From an uncultured Chloroflexia bacterium (lineage in GTDB: Bacteria > Chloroflexota > Limnocylindria > Limnocylindrales > CSP1-4), in contig CAWHDR010000001.1 of assembly GCA_963828165.1 (NCBI GenBank), positions 1,568,001-1,632,000 on the forward strand: 64,000 nt of DNA, in the 5' to 3' direction. Position 1 is the stretch's first letter; the number at the start of each line of letters is the position of its first letter. Made by a program: the position numbers and the translations under genes. Under the pieces are notes generated by a model. That model did no database searches and was not told the DNA's origin. It worked only from the letters and a program-made list of their open reading frames with translations. Shown here piece by piece: positions 1 through 12,359 of the stretch.

Positions 1-280
1 GGTCGCGCAGTGCGGTGGCGCTGGCGCGGGCGATGCGCACGGCCTCGCCCGCGACGCGGTCCGCCTCGGGCATCGTCAGGATGTGGCTGCTGGCGAAGCC
101 CCAGGCCCCGTCGACCAGGACACGGATCCCGAACCCTTCGCTCTCCCCGGAGGCGACGCCCTCGACCCGACCGGTCTTGATGGCGATCGATTCGTCGAGC
201 CGGCGGACGACGCGTACGTCCGCATACCCCGCGCCCCGGGAAGTGGCCGTATCAAGGGCGCGCTGGGTCAGGTCTCGCAT
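1..280 (-). CDS. tldD: TldD/PmbA family metalloprotease, N-terminal part (runs off window start)
   Basis: Manual translation from ATG at 280: MRDLTQRALDTATSRGAGYADVRVVRRLDESIAIKTGRVEGVASGESEGFGIRVLVDGAWGFASS, a typical TldD N-terminus (YADVR...GFGIRVLVDGAWGFAS). Confidence 0.85.
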   Translation of the reverse strand, partial: MRDLTQRALDTATSRGAGYADVRVVRRLDESIAIKTGRVEGVASGESEGFGIRVLVDGAWGFASSHILTMPEADRVAGEAVRIARASATALRD

Positions 281-336
281 GCGGCGGCCAATCTAGCAGA
301 GGGTTTGACGAGCGACAGTCGGGCGAATGACCTATT

Positions 337-2805
<2,469 letters not shown>

Positions 2806-2809
<4 letters not shown>

Positions 2810-3447
2810 GCGAGTCCACTGATCCGCTCCGGCTGCGCGTGGCGTCGGTCACCGACGATGCGGATCGCGCTGTCCTGGTTCGAATCGCAAACGGAGAGCT
2901 CGGAGCCCTTGATGACCTGTACGAGCGTTACAAGACGATGGCCTTTTCGATCGCCTACCGCATCACGAACGATCCGACCCTCGCCGAGGATGTCGTCCAG
3001 GAGGCGTTCCTGGGCGCGTGGCGGAATGCCGCCCGCTACATCGAGGGCCGCGGCAGCGTGAAGACCTGGCTGCTGTCGATCGTCCATCACCGTGCGATCG
3101 ACGCCGTGCGACGGCGACGGCCGACGTCCGAGCTTCCCGAACGCGAGGACGTGCCGCCGGCCGCACTGCGGCTCCCGGACGTGTGGGCGGAGGTCTCCTC
3201 GCGTCTGGATGTCGAGATCGTCCGCGAGGCGCTGGCCGTGCTGTCCGATGTCCAGCGCGAGGCCATCGAGCTCGCCTACTTCGGCGGGTTGACCCAGGTC
3301 GAGGTCGCCGAGCGGACCGCAACGCCTCTCGGGACCGTGAAGAGCCGGATGCGTCTCGGACTGCTCGCGATGCGCCAGCGCCTGCTCGCGGCGGAGGGAC
3401 CCACAGCGTCCGGGACCGGGGCCGATTTGGGGGCCGAACCACGATGA
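2806..3447 (+). CDS. ECF RNA polymerase sigma factor (SigK-like)
   Basis: AEDVVQEAFL, WLLSIVHHRAID, region 4 QREAIELAYFGGLT...LGTVKSRMR. Confidence 0.92.
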
Positions 3448-4325
3448 CCGACATGACCCGGCCGACCCGTCCCGATCTGAGTTGCGACGAGGTGCGCGAG
3501 CTCGCCGCCTCGTTCGTGCTGGGCGCGCTCGATGCCGACGAGGCCGATGCCGTGCGGGCGCACCTGGCGTCGTGCGCCGATCCGCACGTCGAGATGGCCG
3601 AGCTGGGATCGGTCCTCCCGGTCCTCGCGGGGAGCGTCCCGATCGTCGAGCCTCCGGCGGCCCTGAAGGGGCGGATCCTGGCGGCTGCGGCCGCCGAGCT
3701 CGAGACCCGCGGGGCCGGGGCTGCCGAGCCACCCCGGTCGCAGGTCCCGCCAGGCGCGCCGGTCGTGCCAGATGCCCCACCGAGCCCCACGCCGACCCCG
3801 TTCCCGACCGCAGACGAGCGTCAGCGACGGGCCGCCAGCCGATCCGGCATGGCGACCTGGACGATGCGGATCGCGGCCGTGCTGGCGATCGCCCTGCTCG
3901 GCGGCTGGGGCTTGCTGCTCCAGAGCCAGCTCGAGGGCGCGCGACGCTACGAACAGAGCGTCGCGGGCGTGCTCGACGTCGCCGGTCAGCCGGGCTCCCT
4001 GACGGCGGTCCTCACCCCCGACGGCGGCGATGGGCCGGCGGGACTCGCCGCGATCGCGAGCGATGGGACGGTCCGAATCGCGATGCGCGACCTCCCGGCG
4101 ACCAGCGGCAATCAGGTCTACGAGGCGTGGGTGATCGGCAGCGATGGGGTCCCGAAGCCCCTCGGCGGCTTCGCGGTCGGTGAGACCGGGACTGCCTACT
4201 TCGAGGGTGGTGGGCTGCCGACCGAGGAAGGGGTCGTGCTGGCGCTCACGCTGGAACCGGGTCCGGGCGCCACGGCACCGTCGTCGACGCCGGTCTCACT
4301 CGGTACGGCGGTCGCCGCCGGCTAG
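3444..4325 (+). CDS. Anti-sigma factor (RskA-like, zinc-finger N-terminus)
   Basis: ATGA overlap with the sigma gene; HLASCAD motif, one TM helix, RskA-type C-terminus (YEAWVI...LALTLEP). Confidence 0.88.
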   Translation: MTDMTRPTRPDLSCDEVRELAASFVLGALDADEADAVRAHLASCADPHVEMAELGSVLPVLAGSVPIVEPPAALKGRILAAAAAELETRGAGAAEPPRSQVPPGAPVVPDAPPSPTPTPFPTADERQRRAASRSGMATWTMRIAAVLAIALLGGWGLLLQSQLEGARRYEQSVAGVLDVAGQPGSLTAVLTPDGGDGPAGLAAIASDGTVRIAMRDLPATSGNQVYEAWVIGSDGVPKPLGGFAVGETGTAYFEGGGLPTEEGVVLALTLEPGPGATAPSSTPVSLGTAVAAG

Positions 4326-5357
4326 GTTCCCGCGCCCTGGGTTCCCGCGACCGGCTCCGGCGTGTCCGCGACCGATCCGGCACCCTCGGCCCTGGCCCGC
4401 GTCAATGCGGCCGTTGCGGCTGCGATCAGCGCCTCCGAATCCGTGCCGTCTGCGGGGAAGCGCGCGACACCCGCCGACACCGACACGGTCCGCCCGGCGA
4501 CCGCGGGGAGCGCCGCGATGCCATCGAGAACGCGGCGGGCGACCATCGCGCCGGCCGAGCCTGGCGCGACCAGGACGAACTCGTCACCGCCGATCCGCCC
4601 GACCGTGTCGACGAGGCGAACCGATTCGGCCAGGACCGCCGCGACCTGGCGCAGCACCTCGTCGCCGGCCACGTGCCCGCCTTGCTCGTTGGTGGCCCGG
4701 AAGTCGTCGACATCGAACATCGCGAGGGATAGCTCGCTGCCCTGACGCCCCGCCCGAGCCAGCTCGAGCTCGAGGATCCGTGACGACCGTCCGCTCGTTG
4801 GCGAGCCCGGTGAGCGGGTCGGTGTGGGCCATCCGCTCGAACCATTCGGATCGCTCGGACGCGGTGGACGCGAGGCGCGCCCGGTCCACGGCCAGCGCCG
4901 CGAGCGACGCGAGCGCGGTCAGGGCCTCCCGGTCCTCGTCCGAGAGCGGGTGGGGCGCGGGCCAGACCATCCCGACCGATCCGAGCACGGCCTCCACGCC
5001 GCCGCTCGCAACGACCAGTGGCAGGTACGCGCCCACGAACGAGCCGCCCGACGCCGCCGTGGCCTCTCGATCGAAGACTGCTGCCCGCCCGGTCGCCGCT
5101 TCGGAGAACGGGTGGTCCGGGTCCTGGGCGTCGGCGATGAGGGGGCTGCCTTCCTCGATGCCGTGCGAGGCCGCAAGCGCCAGGCCGGGCCGATCCGGAT
5201 CGGACAGGAAGATCGCTGCGGCCGCCGGCGAGAACGCCGCCACGCCGGCGGCAAGGATCGCCTCGAGCGCGGCGTCGCTGTCATCGCTTGCCGCTGCGGC
5301 GGCGATCGCAGCCGGCAGGTGGGTGCGTGGATCGCGGGACGGACCGTTGACGGGCAC
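4322..5357 (-). CDS. GAF-GGDEF diguanylate cyclase (one +1 frameshift near 4783)
   Basis: GAF-like region, AHTDPLTGLAN, then MFDVDDF...GHVAGD...RLVDTVGRIGGDEF (RxxD I-site present); AGGAG RBS before GTG 5357. Confidence 0.82.
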
Positions 5358-5466
5358 GGGGCGGACTCCTGCGAACGGAACGGACTTCGGAGCGCGCATC
5401 GTACACCGCCCGAATCGGAGCGGAATCGCGTTGACCCCGTCTCGACCGGCACCGATACTCCCCCGG

Positions 5467-5796
5467 ATGAAGCTCGTCGTCGCCATCGTCCACAACGAGG
5501 ATGCCGGGGCGCTCGTCGACGCCCTGCTCGAAAAGGAATTCCGGGCCACGCGTCTGCACAGCTCGGGCGGCTTCCTGAAGCAGTCGAACGCGACCATCCT
5601 GCTGGGTGTCGAGGACGCCGAGGTGGACGAGGTCATGGGCATCGTGCGCGAGCGCTGCACCTCGCGGACCCAGGTCGTCAACCCGATGCCCCCGATCATG
5701 GAGCCGGGCGAGTTCTTCATGCCCTACCCGCTCGAGGTCGAAGTCGGCGGGGCGACGGTCTTCGTCGTCCCGGTCGAGCGGTTCGAGCGGCTGTAG
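5467..5796 (+). CDS. darA: PII-like cyclic-di-AMP receptor (DarA/PstA/YaaQ family)
   Basis: MKLVVAIV...ATRLHSSGGFLKQSNATILLGV...EVEVGGATVFVVPVERF, 109 aa. Confidence 0.88.
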   Translation: MKLVVAIVHNEDAGALVDALLEKEFRATRLHSSGGFLKQSNATILLGVEDAEVDEVMGIVRERCTSRTQVVNPMPPIMEPGEFFMPYPLEVEVGGATVFVVPVERFERL

Positions 5797-5802
5797 TCCG
5801 CG

Positions 5803-6225
5803 GTGGCCTGGACGCCGCCGGCCGTCGGCCAGCGTGGGACGTGGACCAGGACGTTCACGGCCGAGGACGTCGACCGCTACGCCCTGATCACCGGCGACCG
5901 TAACCCGCTCCATTTCGATCCTGATTTCGCCGCCCGCACGCGGGCAGGCCGGCTCATCGTCCATGGCGGGCTCACGACCGGTCTGTTCAACGCACTCGTT
6001 GCCGAAGTACTGCCGGGGCCCGGCAGCGTGTTCCTGCACCAGGAGTGGGACTACCCGGCACCCGTCTACATCGGCGACACCGTGATCGCCGAGGCCGAGG
6101 TGATCGAAGCCCGCCCGGACAAGCCCATCACCACGCTGCGCTGTGTCGCGCGCCGAGACGATGGCACCGAGGTCCTCCGGGGGACGTGCGTCGTCTACAC
6201 CCACCGACCGACCGACTCGAGGTGA
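5803..6225 (+). CDS. MaoC family dehydratase (hotdog fold)
   Basis: TGDRNPLHFD...IVHG...LPGPGSVFLHQ...PVYIGDTV. Confidence 0.9.
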   Translation: MAWTPPAVGQRGTWTRTFTAEDVDRYALITGDRNPLHFDPDFAARTRAGRLIVHGGLTTGLFNALVAEVLPGPGSVFLHQEWDYPAPVYIGDTVIAEAEVIEARPDKPITTLRCVARRDDGTEVLRGTCVVYTHRPTDSR

Positions 6226-7463
6226 GTCGGGCGCTCGAGAACGAGCCGGCCGCTCGCTGGCCGCAGCTGACGATCCTCGGGTTCGGGATGGTCCTGGCGA
6301 TGTCCCCATCGTTCGCGGCCGCGGCGGTCGCCCCGATCCTCCGCGAGGAGTGGACCGTCGGGACCCTGGAGCTGCCGTTTCTGACCGTCGTGGTGCAGCT
6401 CGGTTTCGCCGTCGGCGCACTGGGCTTGGCCGTGATCGGCGCGCCTGATGTCATCTCCGGACCGAAGCTCTTCGCTGCGGGAGCACTCGTGGCGGCCGTG
6501 GCCAACCTTGGGTTCGGGCTCTTCGCGAACGACCCGGCCTCGGCCGTCCCGTTCCGTTTCCTGACGGGCATGGCCCTTGCCGCGGTCTATCCCGTCGCGA
6601 TGAAACTGGCTGCCGGATGGTTCCGGCGCGACCGAGGACTGGCCATCGGCGTGGTCAACGGCGCCCTGACCGTCGGGGTCGCGCTGCCCTTCCTCTTCCG
6701 GGCGATCGGCGCGTACGCGGGCGTCGACTGGCGCCCGGTGGTCGTTGCGGCCAGCGTCGCTGCCGTGGCCGGGGCGCTGCTCGTCGGGTTCGCCGCGCGG
6801 AGCGGGCCGCTGGAGGTCGCGGCCCCGCGCTTCTCGCCGGCCATCGCCGCCGCCGCGTTCCGTGAGCCGTCGGTTCGTCTCGCGTCGATCGGCTATTTCG
6901 GGCACATGTGGGAACTCTTCGCGATGTGGACGTGGATCCCGATCTTCCTGATCGCGAGCTTCGCCGTCGCCGGCGTGGATGACCCGGCTCTCGCTTCCCT
7001 GACGGCGTTCGGCGTCGTCGCCGCGGGTGGTGTCGGATCCGCCGTCGCTGGGGCGATCGCGGATCGTGTGGGGCGCACGACGACGACGATCGCGGCTCTG
7101 GCGATCTCCGGGACGTCCGCGGTGATCGCCGGGATCCTGTTCGGCGCGCCCGTGCCGATCATCGTCTTGGTGGCGATCGTGTGGGGCGTGTCCGTCGTCG
7201 CCGACTCGGCGCAATTCTCGTCTGCGGTCTCGGAGCTGGCTCCGCCGGGGACGGCAGGGTCCGCCCTCTCGGTCCAGACCGCCGTCGGCTTCACCTTGAC
7301 GAGCGTCACGATCCTCGGCGTCGGGCTGCTGGACCCGACCGGGGCGGATGGCTGGCGCCTCGCGTGGATCATCCTCGCCCTTGGCCCGGTCGTGGGGATC
7401 GTCGCGATGGTCCGCCTGCGTCATCGACCCGACGCCACCAAGATGGCCAACGGCCACCGATGA
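6222..7463 (+). CDS. MFS transporter
   Basis: About 12 hydrophobic segments; GYFGHMWELFAMW, ADRVGR, VADSAQFS. Confidence 0.88.
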   Translation: MSRALENEPAARWPQLTILGFGMVLAMSPSFAAAAVAPILREEWTVGTLELPFLTVVVQLGFAVGALGLAVIGAPDVISGPKLFAAGALVAAVANLGFGLFANDPASAVPFRFLTGMALAAVYPVAMKLAAGWFRRDRGLAIGVVNGALTVGVALPFLFRAIGAYAGVDWRPVVVAASVAAVAGALLVGFAARSGPLEVAAPRFSPAIAAAAFREPSVRLASIGYFGHMWELFAMWTWIPIFLIASFAVAGVDDPALASLTAFGVVAAGGVGSAVAGAIADRVGRTTTTIAALAISGTSAVIAGILFGAPVPIIVLVAIVWGVSVVADSAQFSSAVSELAPPGTAGSALSVQTAVGFTLTSVTILGVGLLDPTGADGWRLAWIILALGPVVGIVAMVRLRHRPDATKMANGHR

Positions 7464-7556
7464 CGGCCTGCGTCGGGGCGCTGGAGCATGGCGCCCCGGA
7501 CATCGCCGGTGCCACGACCTGATGCACCTCGACCAGCTGCACCCCATCATGGCCGA

Positions 7557-8063
7557 GTGAGCCCGTTCCGCCCTGACCTCGTCGACTGCTGGATGTTCCG
7601 GGTGGGCCGGACGGCACGAGGGGTCGCTCGTCCCGAGATCCTCCTGCTGCGCCGCTCCGCCGGCCGGATCCTGCCGGGGCTGTGGCAATGCGTGTCCGGT
7701 TCGCTCGAGCCCGACGAGCGCATCGCCGCGGGCGCGCTGCGCGAGCTGGCGGAAGAGACGGGGTTCGGCGTCACCGACATCGAGGCGTTCTACGACCTCG
7801 ACCTCGTGAACCAGTTCCACGAGCCGTCCATGGACGGAGTCGTGACGGCGGCCGTCTTCGCGGTCTGGCTTCGACCCGACTCGGAACCCAGCCTGTCTCA
7901 CGAACACGACGACGCCCGCTGGATGCCGGTCGAGGAGGCCCACCGCAACGTCATCTGGCCGGGCTACCGGACCGCTATCGAACGCATTCGCGACGACCTC
8001 TCCGACCCGGAGCGCGCTCCATGGTTCGAGCTCACCATGGCCGGCGACCGACACCCGCGCTGA
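7557..8063 (+). CDS. NUDIX hydrolase
   Basis: Nudix box GSLEPDERIAAGALRELAEETG; LSHEHDDARW. Confidence 0.88.
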   Translation: MSPFRPDLVDCWMFRVGRTARGVARPEILLLRRSAGRILPGLWQCVSGSLEPDERIAAGALRELAEETGFGVTDIEAFYDLDLVNQFHEPSMDGVVTAAVFAVWLRPDSEPSLSHEHDDARWMPVEEAHRNVIWPGYRTAIERIRDDLSDPERAPWFELTMAGDRHPR

Positions 8064-8159
8064 CCGCAGGCGGGATCGAGCGTCCGGCGTCCTTCGTGGC
8101 GTCGCTGGTAGACTCGGGTTCGAGAGGCAGCCCACCGTGAGGCGGCACAGGAGGGCCAC

Positions 8160-9347
8160 GTGATCGACCGAACCGAGTTACCCGAGGCCACCTCCGCGGC
8201 CAGCCGGCGCGTCTTCCACTCCAAGGTCGACACGATCCGGCCCACCTATGGCTTCGAGGACGTCTCGCTGGCGCCCGGAACGGACACGGTCGAGCCGTCG
8301 GACGTCGACCTCACGCAGACGTTCTGCGGCATCCGGCTGGAGATCCCGATCCTGGCCTCCGCGATGGACGCCGTCGTCGATGTCCGGATGGCCGGCGAGC
8401 TCGCACGTCTCGGCGGTCTCGCGGTCCTCAACCTCGAAGGCGTCCAGACCCGCTACGACGACCCCGACGCCGTCCTGGAGCGGATCGCCACCGCGCCCGA
8501 CGGCAACGTCCAGGAGCTCCTCGCCGAGGTCTACCTGCAGCCGATCCGGGAGGACCTGATCGCAGCCCGGCTCGAGGCCATCCACGCCGGAGGCTCCAAG
8601 GCCGCCGTCGCCGCCACCCCCGCGGCTGCGCGAAGGTTCGGTCCGTTCTGCGCCGAGCATGGTGCCGACCTGTTCCTCGTCCAGAGCCAGGTGTCCTCCG
8701 CCCGGCACCTTGCGACGGATTACGACCCGCTTTCTCTCGGCGAGTTCACGCGCTACATGCCGATCCCCGTCGCAGTCGGCAACACGACCAACGCCGAGGC
8801 AGCCTTCGCGCTGATGGAGCAAGGGGCGGCGGCGGTCTTCGTCGGAGTCGGGCCGGGCGCCGCCTGCACGACGCGCGAGGTCCTCGGCATCGGGGTCCCG
8901 CAGGTCACCGCGATCAGCGACGTCGCCGCGGCTCGCGACGCCTACCACGCCGAGACCGGGCGCTACGTGCCGGTCGTCGCGGACGGCGGGATGCGCCGCG
9001 GCGGCGAGTTGGCGAAGGCCGTGGCCGCGGGCGCCGACGCGCTGATGATCGGCTCGCCACTGGCCAAGGCGGATGAGGCTCCCGGTCGGGGCACGAACTG
9101 GGGGATGGCCGCACCCTCGCCGACGCTCCCGCGTGGCACGCGCATCAAGGTCGGCACGACCGCGAGCCTGGAGCGCATCCTGCTCGGCCCGGCGCACGTG
9201 ACCGACGGCAGCGAGAACCTCGTCGGAGCGCTCCGCCAGTCCATGGCGGCGCTTGGCGCCCGCACGATCCGCGAGATGCAGGCGGTCGAGATGGTGTACG
9301 CGCCGTCGACCCAGACCGAAGGCAAATCCTGGCAGCGCGCCCGCTGA
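8160..9347 (+). CDS. guaB: IMP dehydrogenase family protein (GuaB3 type, no CBS domains)
   Basis: [15 protein letters not shown], catalytic [21 protein letters not shown]. Confidence 0.88.
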   Translation: MIDRTELPEATSAASRRVFHSKVDTIRPTYGFEDVSLAPGTDTVEPSDVDLTQTFCGIRLEIPILASAMDAVVDVRMAGELARLGGLAVLNLEGVQTRYDDPDAVLERIATAPDGNVQELLAEVYLQPIREDLIAARLEAIHAGGSKAAVAATPAAARRFGPFCAEHGADLFLVQSQVSSARHLATDYDPLSLGEFTRYMPIPVAVGNTTNAEAAFALMEQGAAAVFVGVGPGAACTTREVLGIGVPQVTAISDVAAARDAYHAETGRYVPVVADGGMRRGGELAKAVAAGADALMIGSPLAKADEAPGRGTNWGMAAPSPTLPRGTRIKVGTTASLERILLGPAHVTDGSENLVGALRQSMAALGARTIREMQAVEMVYAPSTQTEGKSWQRAR

Positions 9348-9385
9348 GCGGGCCGGAGCACACCACGACCGACATCGGCAAGACC

Positions 9386-9721
9386 ATGGCCGGACACGGG
9401 AAGGTCGTCTGGCTGACGACCCGGGGCCGCAGGACGGGTCGACCCCGCTCGGTCGCGATCGGGTTCGCGGACGAGCCGGATGGTTCGGTGCTGGTGGCGG
9501 CCAACGACGACAGCACGGCCTGGGCCCGGAACTTGCTGGAGCAGCCAACCTGTCGAGTCGACATCGGCGGACGGCACTTCAACGCCATCGCGGAGCCGCT
9601 CGAAGGCGCCGACCACAACCGGGCCATCGCGGCCCTGATCCTGCGTTACGGGACGCCGGCCGAGAAGCTCGGGCATGGGCCGTCGTTCCGTCTCCGACCG
9701 GTACCCGACGAGCCGAACTGA
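9386..9721 (+). CDS. Deazaflavin (F420)-dependent nitroreductase family protein
   Basis: LTTRGRRTGRPR...AWARNL motif. Confidence 0.75.
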   Translation: MAGHGKVVWLTTRGRRTGRPRSVAIGFADEPDGSVLVAANDDSTAWARNLLEQPTCRVDIGGRHFNAIAEPLEGADHNRAIAALILRYGTPAEKLGHGPSFRLRPVPDEPN

Positions 9722-10177
9722 TGGCGATCGCCGTCACGATCGAGACGACGATCATGCGGCCGCCAGCGGAGGTGTTCGCGCGCATCGCCGACATCGATGC
9801 CTGGCCGTCGTGGCTCATCGCCAGCGGCATCGTCCGCGTCGACCGCGCGTCCGACTGGCGCGCTCATCGAAGGGGAGCGTCTGACGGTCGAGCAGCGCGC
9901 CGCGGGACGCGCCGGGACGTTCGAGGCGAGGGTTACCGCGCTCCAGCCACCGACCCGCTTCGCGCTCAACGGCAAGGACGGCGACGGCGTGAGCATCGAC
10001 ATCGATGCGGCCCTCGGGCCCGAAAGTGATGGCACGCGCCTGCGCTGGTCGATCCGCATCGGCCTGCCCTTGCGCTACCGGATGTTCGAGTCGATGGCGC
10101 GGCCCCAGGTCGAGCGTGCTGCCGCGCTCGATGTCGAGGCGCTCAAGCGACGCCTGGAGTCGACATCCACGGACTGA
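9721..10177 (+). CDS. SRPBCC/polyketide cyclase family protein (+1 frameshift near 9856)
   Basis: MAIAVTIETTIMRPPAEVFARIADIDAWPSW in one frame; ...GTRLRW...LKRRLE in the next. Confidence 0.75.
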
Positions 10178-10277
10178 CATCTGTCCATGCCGGTTGACGG
10201 CTGCGGTCGATGCCGCCGCGGGGGAGTGGCGCCCATCCTCCGCGTGACGACCCGAAGTCACCAGGAGCCTGACCGAG

Positions 10278-10928
10278 ATGACCGCGCCCGACCGCACCTA
10301 CGATCGAGTCCGTTTCCACCGTGGCAGCCGCGGGTTCGCGGCCTTCGTGACCGGTCTGAACGGAGCCATCCTCCTGGGCCTCGCTCTGTTCGCGACGCCC
10401 GCCCTGGGCCTCGACCAGCCGGCCTCCAGCTGGTTCGTGATCCTGGCGGGTGGCGCCGGCATCGGCCATCTCGCGGCGGTCGTGGGTCTGATTCGGGGCC
10501 GCGCTTGGAGCGGCGCCCTCGTCGGCTATCTCGCCGCGGCGGGGATCGCGGTCGCCGGGTTCGGCGCCCTTGCGGCCATCACGGGGCTGGACATCTTCGG
10601 CGCTCGGCGGGGCACATCGGTCGGGTTCTTCGTCTGGATGATCGGCTCGTGGCTGGTGGCCACGCGGTTCGCGCTCAAGGCCTTCACCTACACCCGGCCG
10701 GCCCCGCGGCACGCAAGGCGCCGGGTCGAGCGACCCGCACCGGATGCTCGTCCGCTGACCGGCCTGCGCAAGGTCCGCCGGCCGGCTCTCCTCCAGCCGG
10801 CAACCCGGCCCGCCCGCCTGGCGCGTCCCCTGCCGACCCCGCGGATCGTCCAGCCGACGCCGCGGCGCCTGCCGCAGCCCGCTCCGAGCGCGATCGTCCT
10901 GAACCCGATCTCCACGCCGTTGGCCTGA
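10278..10928 (+). CDS. Hypothetical four-TM membrane protein with Arg/Pro-rich tail
   Basis: AGGAG RBS, four hydrophobic segments. Confidence 0.65.
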   Translation: MTAPDRTYDRVRFHRGSRGFAAFVTGLNGAILLGLALFATPALGLDQPASSWFVILAGGAGIGHLAAVVGLIRGRAWSGALVGYLAAAGIAVAGFGALAAITGLDIFGARRGTSVGFFVWMIGSWLVATRFALKAFTYTRPAPRHARRRVERPAPDARPLTGLRKVRRPALLQPATRPARLARPLPTPRIVQPTPRRLPQPAPSAIVLNPISTPLA

Positions 10929-11102
10929 CCCGGCGTGCGGCCCGTCGCCGCGGGCCGGCCCGGTCGCCCGGCCGGTATGCGTCGTCGCCACGACCGTGGC
11001 GGACCGGCGGCTTCCGGTGCGGTTGCGTACGTCATCTGGCCTACCTGCGACATGACGTTCGCCCGGTTTCCGGCGGTCGCGTCGCGGCGCAGGATGGCGG
11101 CC

Positions 11103-11225
11103 ATGGATACCTTCGGGATGGTCATCCTCGCGATCAGCGCCTTTGCCCTGCTGGAGCTCGCCGCAGCGAACCTCCGGGGCGAGGAGCGGCAAGCTCGCGC
11201 TCGACGGCACGCCGTCCGCCGCTGA
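11103..11225 (+). CDS. Small single-TM protein (40 aa)
   Basis: MDTFGMVILAISAFALLELAAANLRGEERQARARRHAVRR; -10-like CAGGAT 7 nt upstream; hairpin directly after. Confidence 0.5.
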   Translation: MDTFGMVILAISAFALLELAAANLRGEERQARARRHAVRR

Positions 11226-11252
11226 CCCTCCGTCGACCCCCCGGGGGTCAGC
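11221..11252 (+). terminator. Stem-loop, putative terminator
   Basis: GCTGACCC...GGGTCAGC inverted repeat at the stop of the small ORF; no U-tract. Confidence 0.4.
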
Positions 11253-11299
11253 GCCATCCCCGCCGGCGACCCCCGCGTCGTCTCCATACACTTCCCACG

Positions 11300-11680
11300 A
11301 TGATCGACGAGCCGACCCTGTACGACCGTGCCGGCGGCATGCCGTTCTTCGACGCGCTGGTCGCGCGGTTCTACGCCGGGGTCGCGGACGACCCGATCCT
11401 TCGGCCGATCTACCCGGAAGCGGACCTGGCGCCTGCCCAGCGCCGGCTGACGCTCTTCCTGGCCCAGTACTGGGGCGGTCCGCGGACCTATGACGCGGAG
11501 CGCGGCCACCCACGTCTGCGGATGCGCCACTTCCCGTTCGCCGTCGATGCCGTCGCGCGCGATCGCTGGCTGCTGCACATGCGTGCCGCGATCGCCGAGC
11601 TCGCCCCACCTGCGGACGTCGCGGACGCCCTGGAGCGCTACATCGCGGCCGCAGCCGAGGCGATGCGAAACCGCGACTGA
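11300..11680 (+). CDS. glbO: Truncated hemoglobin, group II (trHbO)
   Basis: TLYDRAGG...FLAQYWGGPRTY...GHPRLRMRHFPF...RDRWL. Confidence 0.92.
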   Translation: MIDEPTLYDRAGGMPFFDALVARFYAGVADDPILRPIYPEADLAPAQRRLTLFLAQYWGGPRTYDAERGHPRLRMRHFPFAVDAVARDRWLLHMRAAIAELAPPADVADALERYIAAAAEAMRNRD

Positions 11681-11711
11681 CTCACCTCCGTGCGATCCGC
11701 TTCGCGATCGA

Positions 11712-12359
11712 CTACGCCCCGCGCAGGTACGTCAACACGGCCAGCACGCGACGGTGGTCATCGACGGCCGGCTCCAGGCCCAGCTTGCTGAGGATCACTC
11801 GGACGTTTCCCTCGACCGTCTTCTCGGTCAGGCCCAGCCGACTGGCGATCGCCAGGTTCGACCGACCCTGCGCCATCAGCTCCAGGACATCCCGCTCCCG
11901 CGGGGTCAGATCGTCCAATGGACCCCGGGGACGGGCGCGCCCGAGCAGCGTCGCCACGACCTCCGGGTCGACCACGGACCCACCGCTGCCGATCCGTCGG
12001 ACGGCGTCCGTGAACTCGGCAAGGTCCGTGACCCTGTCCTTAAGGAGGTATCCCATGCCTTCCGGCGCATCGCGCAGGAGGTTGAGCACGTGACGCGTCT
12101 CGATCACGCTCGAGAGGATGAGGATCCCGATCCCAGGTCGCTCGGCGCGGATACGGACCGCTGCGTCAAGGCCCTCCGTCGTTCGAGTCGGCGGCATCCG
12201 CACATCGATGATCGCCACGTCCGGCTCGGTCGCGGTCAGCACGTCGAGCAATCCATCGACATCACCGGCTTGGCCGACGACGTCGAACTCTGCTGCGGCG
12301 AGCGCCGCAGCCAGGGCCTCGCGTAGCAGGACCGCATCGTCGGCGAGGACTACGCGCAC
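11712..12359 (-). CDS. NarL/LuxR family response regulator
   Basis: VVLADD, DVRMPP, GYLLK, HTH LTPRERDVLELMAQGRSN. Confidence 0.92.
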   Translation of the reverse strand: MRVVLADDAVLLREALAAALAAAEFDVVGQAGDVDGLLDVLTATEPDVAIIDVRMPPTRTTEGLDAAVRIRAERPGIGILILSSVIETRHVLNLLRDAPEGMGYLLKDRVTDLAEFTDAVRRIGSGGSVVDPEVVATLLGRARPRGPLDDLTPRERDVLELMAQGRSNLAIASRLGLTEKTVEGNVRVILSKLGLEPAVDDHRRVLAVLTYLRGA

